NCBI GenBank assembly: GCA_030390025.1
Contig: CM059432.1
Coordinates: 84,818,001-84,882,000, forward strand
Source of the DNA: Squalus acanthias
Taxonomy: Eukaryota
Length of the DNA: 64,000 bases
Direction: 5' to 3'
Position numbers and translations under genes: made by a program. Every line of letters starts with the position of its first letter. Within the stretch, counting starts at the first letter, position 1. Positions 23,460 through 33,910 of this stretch are shown here, piece by piece. A model generated the notes under the pieces. The model was not told where the DNA came from, did not search any database, and was given only the letters and a program-made list of their open reading frames with translations.

Positions 23460-26400
23460 GGGGGAATTTTGCGGGGGGTCAGCAGGTGCATTCGGTGGCG
23501 GCTTGGGTTATTTTGACAACGGGTTGGGACCCCGCTGTCAACCCGCCGCCATGCGCATTTACAAAATGTTTTGTCTGTCAGCGCTGCGCAGATCTGACAC
23601 GCAGTGGCAGGGGAAGTAATTAAAATCATTAGTGGCTTGTTTTCAGCCACTTAACAATGCTTTTTACCCAGCTTTTTGAATTGGACAGGTCGCCCACCAG
23701 TTTCCTGCTGTGCCTAGGCCTCGTCTGTGAAGCTGAGGCGGGAGGTCACAACCCATTGCATCAGCTGATGAGTTGACAGCTTCAAATATCAAGTCAAAGC
23801 TCCCAGCTGATTGAGAAATGTTCCCTTAGCCACTAGCTTCTCTGAACTGCATTTCCACTACAGATTCAGAATGCTGCAAGTCTTTACACAAGTCTCCATC
23901 TAGTTTGACCTCATTACTTCTCTCACCATTGACAGGACGCTTCTGTCATCTCTACTTCACCTGCCATCTATTCCATCAGCATCGGTGCACTTCCGCCACT
24001 GTGTCGCCCGCCACAGACCCGCTGAGGTTGGTAAAATCCAGCACTTTGTTTCTGATGTATATAAACAGTGATTATGGTAATTGGGTAGTGGTGGATCTTC
24101 ATGGGGAAGGGGTTGAAAGGATTGAGTGGATGAATTAATGGCACTAATAGAAGTAAATGGGTATGATGTAATTGCCATTACAGAGACATGGTTACAGGGT
24201 AACCAAAGCTGGGAACTGATTGTTCCAGGGTACTCAACATTTAGGAAGGACAGACAAAAAGGAAAAGGAGGTGGCGTAGCGCTGTTAATAAGGGATGAGA
24301 TCGGTATAGTAGAGATAAAAGATCTTGGCTCGGCAGATCGTGATGTAGAACTGGAATCAATTTGGGTGGAGCTAAGAAACAGCAAAGGGCGGAAAACATT
24401 GGTGGGAGGTGTGTATAGGCCACCAAACAGTAGTGGTAATGTAGGGCACAGTATCAATCAAGAAATTAGAAGTGCATGTAACAAGGGCAATACGGTAATC
24501 ATGGGGGACTTTAATCTACATATTGACTGGGCAATTCAAATTACCACTAATGGTGTGGAGGACGAATTCTTGGAATGCATGCGAGATGGTTTCCTGGATC
24601 AGTATGTGGAGGAACCAACCAGGGAACAGGCTATTCTGGATCTGGTACTGTGTAATGAGAAAGGGCTAATCAATAATCTTGTGGTAAAGGGGCCTTTAGG
24701 GACAAGTGACCATAATATGATTGAATTTTATATTAAGTTTGAGAGTGATGTAGTCCAATCTGAAACTAAGGTCTTCAATCTAAACAGAGGAAACTACAAG
24801 GGTATGAGGGACAAGTTGGCCATGGTAGATTGGGAGACTACACTAAAAGGTATGAAGGTGGACATACAATGGCTAACATTCAAGGAAATAATGCATAATT
24901 TGCAACAAACATATATTCCTCTAGGGCACAAAAACCCAAAAGGAAAAGTGATCCAACCATGGCTAACAAAAGAAATTAAAGCTAGTATTAAGTCAAAGGA
25001 GGAAGCTTATAAAGTTGCCAGAAAAAGCGGTCAGCCTGAGGATTGGGATCTTTTTAGAAATCAGCAAAGGGGGACCAAGAAATTGATAAAGAAAGGGAAA
25101 ATGGAATATGAGCATAAACTAACAAAAATTATAAAATCGGATTGTTAAAGCTTCATAGGTATGTGGAAAGGAAAAGACTGGCGAAGGTAAATGTAGGTCC
25201 TTTACAGTCAGAGACGGGAGAATTTATAATGGGGAATGAGGAAATGGCTGAGAAATACTTTGTTTCTGTCTTCACGGAGGAAGACACAAAAAACCTCCCA
25301 GAAATACGAGAAAACCAAGTGTGTGGTGAGAATGAGGAACTTAAAGAAATTATTAGTAAAAAAACAGTACTAGCAAAATGAATGGGACTAAAAGTAGATA
25401 AATCCCAACGACCGGATGACCTACATCCTAGGGTTTTGAAAGAGGTGGCCATTGGGATAGTGGACGCATTGGTTGTCATCTTCCAAAATTCTATAGATTC
25501 TGGAACGGTTCCTGCAGATTGGAGGATAGCAAATGTAACCCCGCTATTTAAGAAAGGAGGGAGAGAGAAAATGGGGAACTACAGACCTGTTAGCCTCACA
25601 TCAGTAGTTGGGAAAATGCTGGAATCTATTATAAAGGATGCAATAACTGGGCAATTAGAAACTAATAGTAAGATTGGGCAGAGTCAACATAAATTTATGA
25701 AAGGGAAATCCTGTTTAACAAACCTATTGAAGTTCTTTGAGGATGTAACTAGTGGAGTAAACAAAGGGGAACCAGTAGATGTGGTGTATTTGGATTTTCA
25801 GAAGGCCTTCGATAAGGTCCCACACAAGAGGTTGGTGAACAAAATTAGGGCACATGGAATTGGGGGTAATATACTAGCATGGATTGAGAATTGGTTAACA
25901 GACAGAAAACAAAGAGTAGGGATAAACGGGTCTTTTTCAGGATGGCAGGCTGTGACTAGTGGGGTACCGCAAGGATCGGTGCTTGGGCCCCAGCTATTCA
26001 CAATCTAGATCAATGATTTGGATGAGGGGACTAAATGTAACATTTCCAAATTTGCTGATGATACAAAGCTAGGTGGCAGTGTCAGTTGTGAAGAGGATGT
26101 AAAGAGGCTTCAAGGGGATCTCGACAAGCTCAGTGAATGTGCGAGAACATGGCAGATGGAAAATAATGTGGATAAATATGAAGTTATCCACTTTGGTAGA
26201 AAAAACAGAAAGGCAGAATATTTCCTAAATGGTGAAAGATTGGGGAATGCAGATGCTCAAAGGGACCTGGGTGTCCTTGTAAATGAGTCACTGAAAGTGA
26301 ATGTGCAGGTGCAGCAAGCCATTAGGAAGGCAAATGGTATGCTGGCCTTCATTACAAGAGGATTTAAGTACAGGAGTAAAGAAGTCTTACTCCAATTATA

Positions 26401-28766
26401 TAGGGCCTTGGTGAGACCACACCTGGAGTACTGTGTACAATTTTGGTCTCCTTACCGAAGGAAGGATATACTTGCCATAGAGGGAGTGCAACGAAGGTTC
26501 ACAAGATTGATTCCTGGGATGGCGGGACTGTCGTATGAGAAGAGATTGAATAAACTAGGCCTGTGTTCTCTTGAATTCAGAAGAATGAGAGGGGATCTCA
26601 TTGAAGCATGCAAAATTATTACAGGGCTTGATAGGGTAGATGCTGGGAGAATGTTTCCCTTGGCTGGGGAGTCTAGAACCAGGGGCCACAGCCTCAGGAT
26701 AAAGGGTAGGCCATTCAGAACTGAGATGAGAAGAAATTTCTTCACACAGAGGGTGGTGAATCTTTGGAATTCTCTACCCCAGAGGGCTGTGGAGGCTCAG
26801 TCATTGGGTATATTCAAAACAGAAGTCGATAGATTTCTGACTAGTAAGGGCATCAAGGGATATGGCGATAGGGCCGGTGAATGGAGTTGAGGCAGAAGAT
26901 CAGCCATGATCTCATTGAATGGCAGAGCAGGCTCGAAGGGCCGAATGGCCTACTCCTATTTCTTATGTTCTTATGTTCTTGTGATGGACTGCCTGATGGA
27001 TCCTAAATCGTGGAAGGTACCTCATGTGGCCACAGTGCTCTGGAGTCTGATGGTGGATCACGTCTCTCAAAAGCACTGTTCAATTAGGTGGTGGCAGTCA
27101 TCCCTTCCAGGTGCGGCCCCTCTACCTGGCAGTCTCTGGTGCTCCCTCAATCCTCCTCCTCCTCCCCCTCTTCCTCCTCCTCTTCCTCCTCCTGTTGTGG
27201 CTCCTGATCTTGACCCTCCAGCACAATTGTTGTTGGTAACGGCTGGTTGTGGTAGCCAGATTGTGGAGCATGCAGCAAATCACCACGAATGTGGAGACCT
27301 TCTCGGCCGAGTACTGCAGGGCACCTCCTGACTGGTCAAGGCATCTAAACCTCTGCTTGAGGACCCCAATGGTCTGCTCAATGATATTCCTTGTGGCTGA
27401 GTGGCTCTCATTGTATGAGTGCTCAGCTGGTGTCTGGGGCTTTCTCAGGGGAGTCATGAGCCATGGTATCAGAGGGTATCCCTTGTCACCTAGTTGCCAG
27501 CCGTGCACATTGCGTTGGAGCTCAAGGATCTGTGGGATGGATGACTATCTCATTATAAAAGCATCGTGCCAGCTCCTTGGCTAGCAGGTATTCACCTGCA
27601 TGATGCGCTGCCAGTGGTCACAGATAAGCTGTACGTTGAGGGAATGGAATTCCTTCCTGTTCCTGAATACCTCTCAGTTTAAATGAGTGGCTCGCATGGC
27701 CACATGTGTACAGTCAATGGCTCCCTGGACCATGGGGAACATTGCAATCCTGTTGAATCCTCGTGCTCTCGGCCTCTGTTTTTTTCTGGCAAGAGGGAAT
27801 GATATGTGGTCATTCCTCAGAGCGTATAGAGCCCTTGTGCAGAAGTGCACAGAGGATTATAAGATGTGACTTATATCACCTGTGGCAGCCTGCTAGGTTC
27901 CAGTAGCATAAAAGTTAAGTGCTATTGTGACCTTGACTGTCACAGGCAATGCGGTCCTGGCTGTGCTGCGATATCTGAGTCTTTGTTCCACAAGGCCACA
28001 GATCTCTGTGATGATCTCCTTGGTAATGAGCAGCCTCCTCATGCACTGGATGTGAATGTAGGAGTACTGCTCTTCGAATGCGCTGGGTGGATAGGGCCTC
28101 CTGCTGAGAACCGTCCTCACCCTCCTGTCCCTCACTCCTGCAGCAGTTGGTGCTGCTCTGCCTAGCCTCATCCCCTCCTCCAAATTGTTATGCAGAGCAA
28201 GGGGGACCTCTATCAAGATGCCCATGACCAACCACTCCCTTTCTCCTGGTGACTCCTGTAAGGTGCCCAATAAGGTAGAGTAGCACAGCACTCACTCTTT
28301 TTAGGTGAAGTCCTGAGAGAATATCCAGGAAAAACATTGATAGAGTGTTGTGAATTCTTGACAAAGTGTCCCAGGAAGTCTCCTGATGTGTCTCAAAAGT
28401 CCTCTTCAAACGCAGTGTAGTCAGTCGATCTCAATCAGCAAATGAACAGTGAAAGCTGAGCATGGCTTTAAGTAGCGCTCGAAATACTCACCAATGACTT
28501 GTTTACTCCTGTTCAGCTGGTTAGTGTTATGAGAGGTTGTTAAATTACGCATTATCAAAATGGCGTGCATCCTCTTTAATGAGCGCTAGCAGGCAATTTA
28601 ATTTTCAATCAGCCACTTAACGATCCTCCAGGCAACCGTTCCTAGTGCTGGTTTCAACTCCTTTACCAAACGTCTTGTGCTAAACACGGGCTAAACTGGT
28701 GTTGCAGCTTAAGATCCCATCTCTTTAACTCTTTAGCACCTAAAGTATTCGATCAAAATAGCCCCC
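23460..28766 (-). mobile_element. Decayed Harbinger containing a nested CR1; transposase remnant on minus strand ~27060-28230
   Basis: GWQLGDKGYP...IEQTIGVLKQRF (27122-27508), VKVTIALNFYATG (27893-28291); candidate TIRs GGGGGAATTTTG / CAAAATAGCCCCC. Confidence 0.65.
24120..26981 (+). mobile_element. CR1 LINE, 5'-truncated at the endonuclease start; ORF2 with stops and frameshifts
   Basis: ORFs 24126-25148, 25142-25381, 25382-26008, 26018-26890; tail of TTCTTATG repeats. Confidence 0.95.
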
Positions 28767-29057
28767 AGAAATTCAATACAAAGTGGTCAAATTTGCAGAT
28801 AATATCAAACTAGGAGGGCAGTTGAATCAAAAGAGAAGAAAATTATAGAATGAGCTGGACAAATTATGCAAATGTTCATTATAGTGCAATTGTGCAATAT
28901 TACTGGCACATCGGTACTGGAACAAAATGAGATAATAAAATAACAATCCATATCTTGCATAAAGAACCAAGATGTGGAGATGCCGGTGTTGGACTGGGGT
29001 GGACAAATGTGAGAAGTCGCACAACACCAGGTTATAGTCCAACAGCTTTATTTGAAA

Positions 29058-29094
29058 TCACAAGCTTTCGGAGTGCTGCTCCTTCGTCAGGTGA
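29058..29094 (-). ncRNA. Identical minimal hammerhead motif in the inverted pLTR (sense to TRPA1)
   Basis: Reverse complement of 30461-30497. Confidence 0.8.
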
Positions 29095-29208
29095 AGTGAA
29101 GAGATACATATCGGCACAGCATATATAGTCAGAGAACACTGCCAGATGATTACAGTTAATCTTTCCAACTGCCCTTTATCACACCTCGGCAGAGAGATAA
29201 TCACAGCA

Positions 29209-30129
29209 ATCAAAGACGGACACCTCAGCACTTCACTCTACCGCAAGCCCACGGACAACCTCACGATGCTCCACTTCTCTAGCTTCCACCCTAACCACGT
29301 TAAAGAAGCCATCCCCTATGGACAAGTCCTGCGAATACACAGGATCTGCTCAGACGAGGAGGAACGCGATGGACACCTACAGACGCTGAAAGACGCCCTC
29401 GTAAGAACGGGATATGACGCTCGACTCGTCGATCGACAGTTACGACGGGCCACAGTGAAAAATTGCATAGACCTCCTCAGAAGACGAACACGGGACACAA
29501 CCAACGTCCAGTACTTCCCCGGAGCGGAGAAACTACGCCATGTTCTTCGCAGCCTTCAACATGTCATCGATGACGACGAACACCTCGCTAAGGCCATCAC
29601 CATGCCTCCATTACTCGCCTTCAAACAGCCGCCTAACCTCAAACAGACCATCGTTCGCAGCAAATTACCCAGCTTTCAGGAGAACAGCGACCACGACACC
29701 ACACAACCCTGCCACGGCAACCTCTGCAAGACATGCCAGATCATCAACACCGATACCATCATCACACGTGAGGTCACCACCCACCAGGTACATGGTACAT
29801 ACTCATGTGACTCGGCCAACGTTGTCTACCACATACGTTGCAGGAAAGGATGCCCTGGAGCATGGTACATCGGCGAGACCATGCAGACACTGAGCCAACG
29901 TATGAACGGACACCGCGCAACAATTGCCAGGCAGGAGTGTTCCCTCCCAGTCGGGGAACACTTCAGCAGTCCAGGACATTCAGCCTCCGATCTTCGGGTA
30001 AGCGTTCTCCAAGGCGGCCTTCAAGACACACGACAACGCAAAATCGTCGAGCAGAAACTGATAGCCAAGTCTCGCACCCATGAGGACGGCCTCAACCGGG
30101 ATCTTGGGTTCATGTCACGCTACATGTAA
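29209..30129 (+). CDS. Penelope ORF C-terminus (RT thumb plus GIY-YIG endonuclease), partial
   Basis: LSTSLYRKPTD, IPYGQVLRIHRICS, CxxxxCxxC linker, NVVYHIRC...YIGET...RMNGH, GLNRD. Confidence 0.88.
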   Translation: MKDGHLSTSLYRKPTDNLTMLHFSSFHPNHVKEAIPYGQVLRIHRICSDEEERDGHLQTLKDALVRTGYDARLVDRQLRRATVKNCIDLLRRRTRDTTNVQYFPGAEKLRHVLRSLQHVIDDDEHLAKAITMPPLLAFKQPPNLKQTIVRSKLPSFQENSDHDTTQPCHGNLCKTCQIINTDTIITREVTTHQVHGTYSCDSANVVYHIRCRKGCPGAWYIGETMQTLSQRMNGHRATIARQECSLPVGEHFSSPGHSASDLRVSVLQGGLQDTRQRKIVEQKLIAKSRTHEDGLNRDLGFMSRYM

Positions 30130-30460
30130 CCCCACCTGACGTAGAGTCATCCAAACTCGAGTTGTCGTTGGCTTGTTCTCTCTACACAGATGCGGCCGGA
30201 CCTGCTGTGATTTCAGCAAAAAAAGTTTTTTGTTTTCCATACAGACACCAGCATCTGCCACATTTGACCCCTTGTGACCCCACCTCATTGTCTTTGATGT
30301 AATGTTTTCCTGACTGACCTGTTTGGACACCATCCACACCTATGATTGCCGTGATTATCTCTCTGCCGAGGTGTGATAAAGGGCAGTTGGAAAGATTAAC
30401 TGTAATCATCTGGCAGTGTTCTCTGACTATATATGCTGTGCCGATATGTATCTCTTCACT

Positions 30461-30497
30461 TCACCTGACGAAGGAGCAGCACTCCGAAAGCTTGTGA
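30461..30497 (+). ncRNA. Minimal type I hammerhead ribozyme motif (Penelope pLTR)
   Basis: TCAC-CTGACGA-A-GGAG cagca CTCC-GAAA-GCTT-GTGA: stem I, both core boxes, stem II, and palindromic AAGCTT in place of stem III. Confidence 0.8.
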
Positions 30498-30582
30498 TTT
30501 CAAATAAAGCTGTTGGACTATAACCTGGTGTTGTGCGACTTCCCACATAAAGAACCAAAGAATGGCTATCCCATGAACAGAC

Positions 30583-30751
30583 CTGATATTCGCTCCAGGG
30601 CACTGTCACTGCCTGAGTAGAGTTGAGGGCAGTATGTGATTCATTGCCGAAAGCATGTGGTCGTGATACAATAATAAGGAATGTTAATGGTAGAAGTAAT
30701 ACTGAAAAGAGAGCCATGTTCATGACATGTGCTCGAAGTCCATACGCCTGC
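30583..30751 (-). CDS. TRPA1: TRPA1 internal exon (S1 and S1-S2 loop), 169 bp
   Basis: ttttag|G CAG GCG TAT...TAT CAG|gtctgt; QAYGLRAHVMNMALFSVLLLPLTFLIIVSRPHAFGNESHTALNSTQAVTVPWSEYQ vs human LAYGFRAHMMNLGSYCLGLIPMTILVV...; donor is a weak match to consensus but keeps frame. Confidence 0.88.
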
Positions 30752-30986
30752 CTAAAAAAAAAAGTTAAATACATTAGTCTTTTGTAAATATCAAAATTAA
30801 CCACAAAAACAAAACCATCCTTTCCCTTCTCTATGCATACACTCGAATGGCGATTACTGGATAACACATTTTTGTACATGTATGAGAAATTAAACTAATA
30901 AAAAAAGAAATCAAAGCTGTGAAAACGCCATTCAGCTTTCATGATATTGGTGTAATCAGCAGACTAACATGTACCTGAAGATTATT

Positions 30987-31751
30987 GGGCCGGATCTTGC
31001 TGGAAAAGTAATGGTGTGGTAATGACGCTCGTCATTATTAATGTGCAAAACAGCCAGTAGGTTCAGGAAATTAAGAGATACGCCATGAGTTGCAAATCTC
31101 CAGAACTTACTGGTATATTTACACCGCTTGCACAAACTGCATCTCACCCTTAGCCTCCGTTATTTTTAAGAACTTGCTGCATTTGCACATTAATTGCCCA
31201 TTAAACGCGCCACAGAAAGTTACGTCTGGTAATTAACAGCGTAAGTACCTTTTTAACAATGTGGTAATTGTTAATGCAGTGCCAATCAATCTCTCTGGCC
31301 TAGAAATTGAATAACTTAAACTGTGGAGTCTCATTCCTTCAGGTGGTAAATTGTTCTTCGAGATTTTTAAAACGTCACATTTTAAATTTTTACATTTTTA
31401 TCTTACTTTTCCTTTCTGGCTCATTTCTCTCTCTCTCTAAATCCAAACTTTCTTTTCTTCTTTTTATTTCCCTTTCTGTACCTGATTTGACTCTAATCCA
31501 CTCTAATTTACCCTCCTTCTCAGTCATTCCTTAGTTTCTTTCTCAATTCTTAAATCTCATTGGTTAAAGAGATACACTGTTGGTCCCACTATTCACTGAG
31601 GTCCCAAATGGCCTGTTGCTCTCGCCACACCATTATCAGCTCGCACTTCCAACAAGTTATGGTGCAAAAATGTGTTGAGCTGAAAGGTGCAGAAAAAAGT
31701 CTAACTAACGGGGCACGCCACGAGATGCCCCGCTCCAGCAAGATCTGACCC
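30987..31751. mobile_element. Harbinger-type MITE
   Basis: TIR GGGCCGGATCTTGCTGG / CCAGCAAGATCTGACCC (15/17); TSD not clean. Confidence 0.7.
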
Positions 31752-31819
31752 ACTATGTTTGTTTAAGTAGCTTTTAGTGTTAAATAATTAACATGCTAAT
31801 TTATAAAGGCAGGCCATGC

Positions 31820-33390
31820 TTGACTAATTTAATCTCATTGCTCAAAGCAAGTAGCGAGCATATAGACAAAGGGAATGTACTAGATAAAATGCCATATAGG
31901 CACCTTGTTACAAAGCGATATATCACCTGCCTTATTAAAGATAAGGTGACAGAATGGACAGCATATTAGCTAAAGGATGGAAAGCAGAGGGCAGGGAAGT
32001 AATTTTCTGACAACATGCTGGTAGTGATAAATCTTGTCCACTACCAGTGCATACTGGAGAATTCTGATAGGCACTGATGGTGGGCAAGGTTCCCTGTCAC
32101 CGGTGCATACTCAGAAAATGAGCAGCACTAAATCAACGCTTTTCAGATTGGCAGGATATAGCTAATGGGTTAGTTGAGGATTTGATTGGGATAACTTTTG
32201 CATTACACAAGTGATTTGAACGTGGGCATAGAGGAAATAATACCAAAATTTGCTGATGATACCAAATTGGCACAGCAAACTGAGCAAGAATGCAGGAAGT
32301 TGCAGGACATGGACAGGGTAGGAGACTGGTCTGATATGTGGCAAATGCAGTTTTCGGTAGATAAGTGTGAAGTAGTACATTTTGGGAAAAATAGTGAATG
32401 GAAATATGCCCCAAATGGTAAAATCCTCAATTGAGTGGAGGTATAGAAAAATCTAGGAGTGCAGACAACACAGATATATTTAAAAGCAGGATTACAGTTG
32501 GAAAAAATCATTAAAATGGCAGATGGGATTCTGGGTTCTATATATTGGAGTATTGAATACAAAAGCACGGAAGTGAATATAAATCTGTACAAGACACTGG
32601 CTGAAATACAGTGCACAGCTTTGGGTGCGCCATTATTGAAAGGATATTAAGAGGTGTCAGCCATGGCACAGTGGTAGCAAACTCATCTCTGAATCAGAAG
32701 GTCGTGGGTTGAAGTCCCACTCCAGAGACTTGAGCTCACAATCTAGGCTGACACTTCAGTATAGTACTGAGGGAGTGCTGCACTGTCAGAGCTGCTGTCT
32801 TTCAGATGTGAAGTTAAACCGAAGCTCTGTCTGCCCTCTAAGGTGGACGTAAAAGATTCCATAGCACTTTTCGAAGAAGAATAAGGGAGTCCTGGCCAAC
32901 TCAACCAACATCATTAAAATCAGATTATCTGGTGATTTCTCTCATTTCTGTTTATGGGACCTTGCTGTGCACAAATTGGCTGCCATATTTCCTACACTAC
33001 AACAGTGACGAGACTTCAAAAGTAGTTCATTGGCTGTAAAGCACTTTGGGATGTCTTCATCCCACCTATACCCAATTCTACCATCTTAGCATCGAACTTT
33101 ATTATGAATATCTCCAATACTTTTGTGACCAATATCTTGGATGTGAATTTATTCGAAATATTTATCACTCTTTGAGTAAAGAGGCCCTTTCCCATATCTG
33201 GTTTAAATTTACTTTTCACCAATTTCCATGTTTTATGATCCTTTCTTGGCAAACTTTGAATGGATATTTTGGGTTTACTTTATATACACCATTTAACACT
33301 TTGTATAGCCTGACGAAATCTACCCATCACTGGCTTCTTTCAAGACTTAAAAGCTTGAGCTTCTCTAACCTTTCTCCTAGATTTAAACTT
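31820..33390. mobile_element. Old CR1 fragments (plus strand ~31820-32650, minus strand ~33060-33390)
   Basis: KFADDTKL...WQMQFSVDKCEVVHFG (32198-32434); KFKPDMGKGLFTQRVIN on minus strand (33016-33252). Confidence 0.65.
32655..33057 (+). mobile_element. Deu-domain SINE with tRNA-derived head
   Basis: A-box-like TGGCACAGTGG and B-box-like GGTTGAAGTCC followed by the same core as the 16069 copy. Confidence 0.82.
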
Positions 33391-33674
33391 TGAATCATCT
33401 TTGTCGCTGATCTCAATATGAGGACAGCAGCAAAAGTTGGGTCTGCCAACTACGCAAATACCTTCCCCAATTTCTGCAATTAAAGACTTAAGCGTACCAT
33501 AACAATGTATGAATAACTATTTGGTAGGGATTGTCTAAATGCATCAAGTATAAGTGTAGAATTTTGTATTCAATAATAGTTTTAAGTTTTAATTAAGAAC
33601 CTTGCAAGCATGCATGCTAAAGAATTATACCAGGACATTTTGATAAGCTGTTCTTAATCCAACTCACGGCATAC

Positions 33675-33745
33675 CATTTCATTTTAAGAAACTGTTCACA
33701 GACTGGATGCTTCAAAAGCTCTACTTGATTGAAGTGTATCATAGC
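33675..33745 (-). CDS. TRPA1: TRPA1 internal exon (pre-S1), 71 bp
   Basis: ttttag|GCT...AAA TG|gtatgc; AMIHFNQVELLKHPVCEQFLKMKW vs human AMVQNNRIELLNHPVCKEYLLMKW. Confidence 0.95.
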
Positions 33746-33910
33746 CTAAAAAATAAAACAGAAACGCCTCAACATAATCAATTTTAAAAATCAAAAAAAT
33801 GTGTGTACCAAAATGGCTATTTAAATAATTAGTACATGTAAAACCAAGAGGTGAAACAATGCAATTATCCTCTATATGATTCATGTGCTCTTTGCCATGA
33901 AAGATATAAA

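Larger units (their letters stand above)
28971..30548 (+). mobile_element. Penelope-like retroelement, 5'-truncated, with an inverted pseudo-LTR copy at its 5' end
   Basis: RT thumb plus GIY-YIG ORF; ~29007-29212 is the reverse complement of ~30343-30548; flanking direct repeat (CAT)AAAGAACCAA at 28958-28970 and 30546-30558. Confidence 0.92.

Noticed and set aside
29146..29208. MITVNLSNCPLSHLGREIITA as the Penelope ORF start (also at 30182-30409 minus)
   Set aside because: Comes from the inverted pLTR copy joined in frame by chance; RT homology begins at ~29209
30427..30879. 150 aa ORF appearing to fuse TRPA1 S1 to Penelope sequence
   Set aside because: It is the 169 bp exon plus intronic read-through on both sides; no evidence of a real fusion
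32655..32730. tRNA gene
   Set aside because: A/B-box-like motifs run directly into the SINE body; no complete cloverleaf seen
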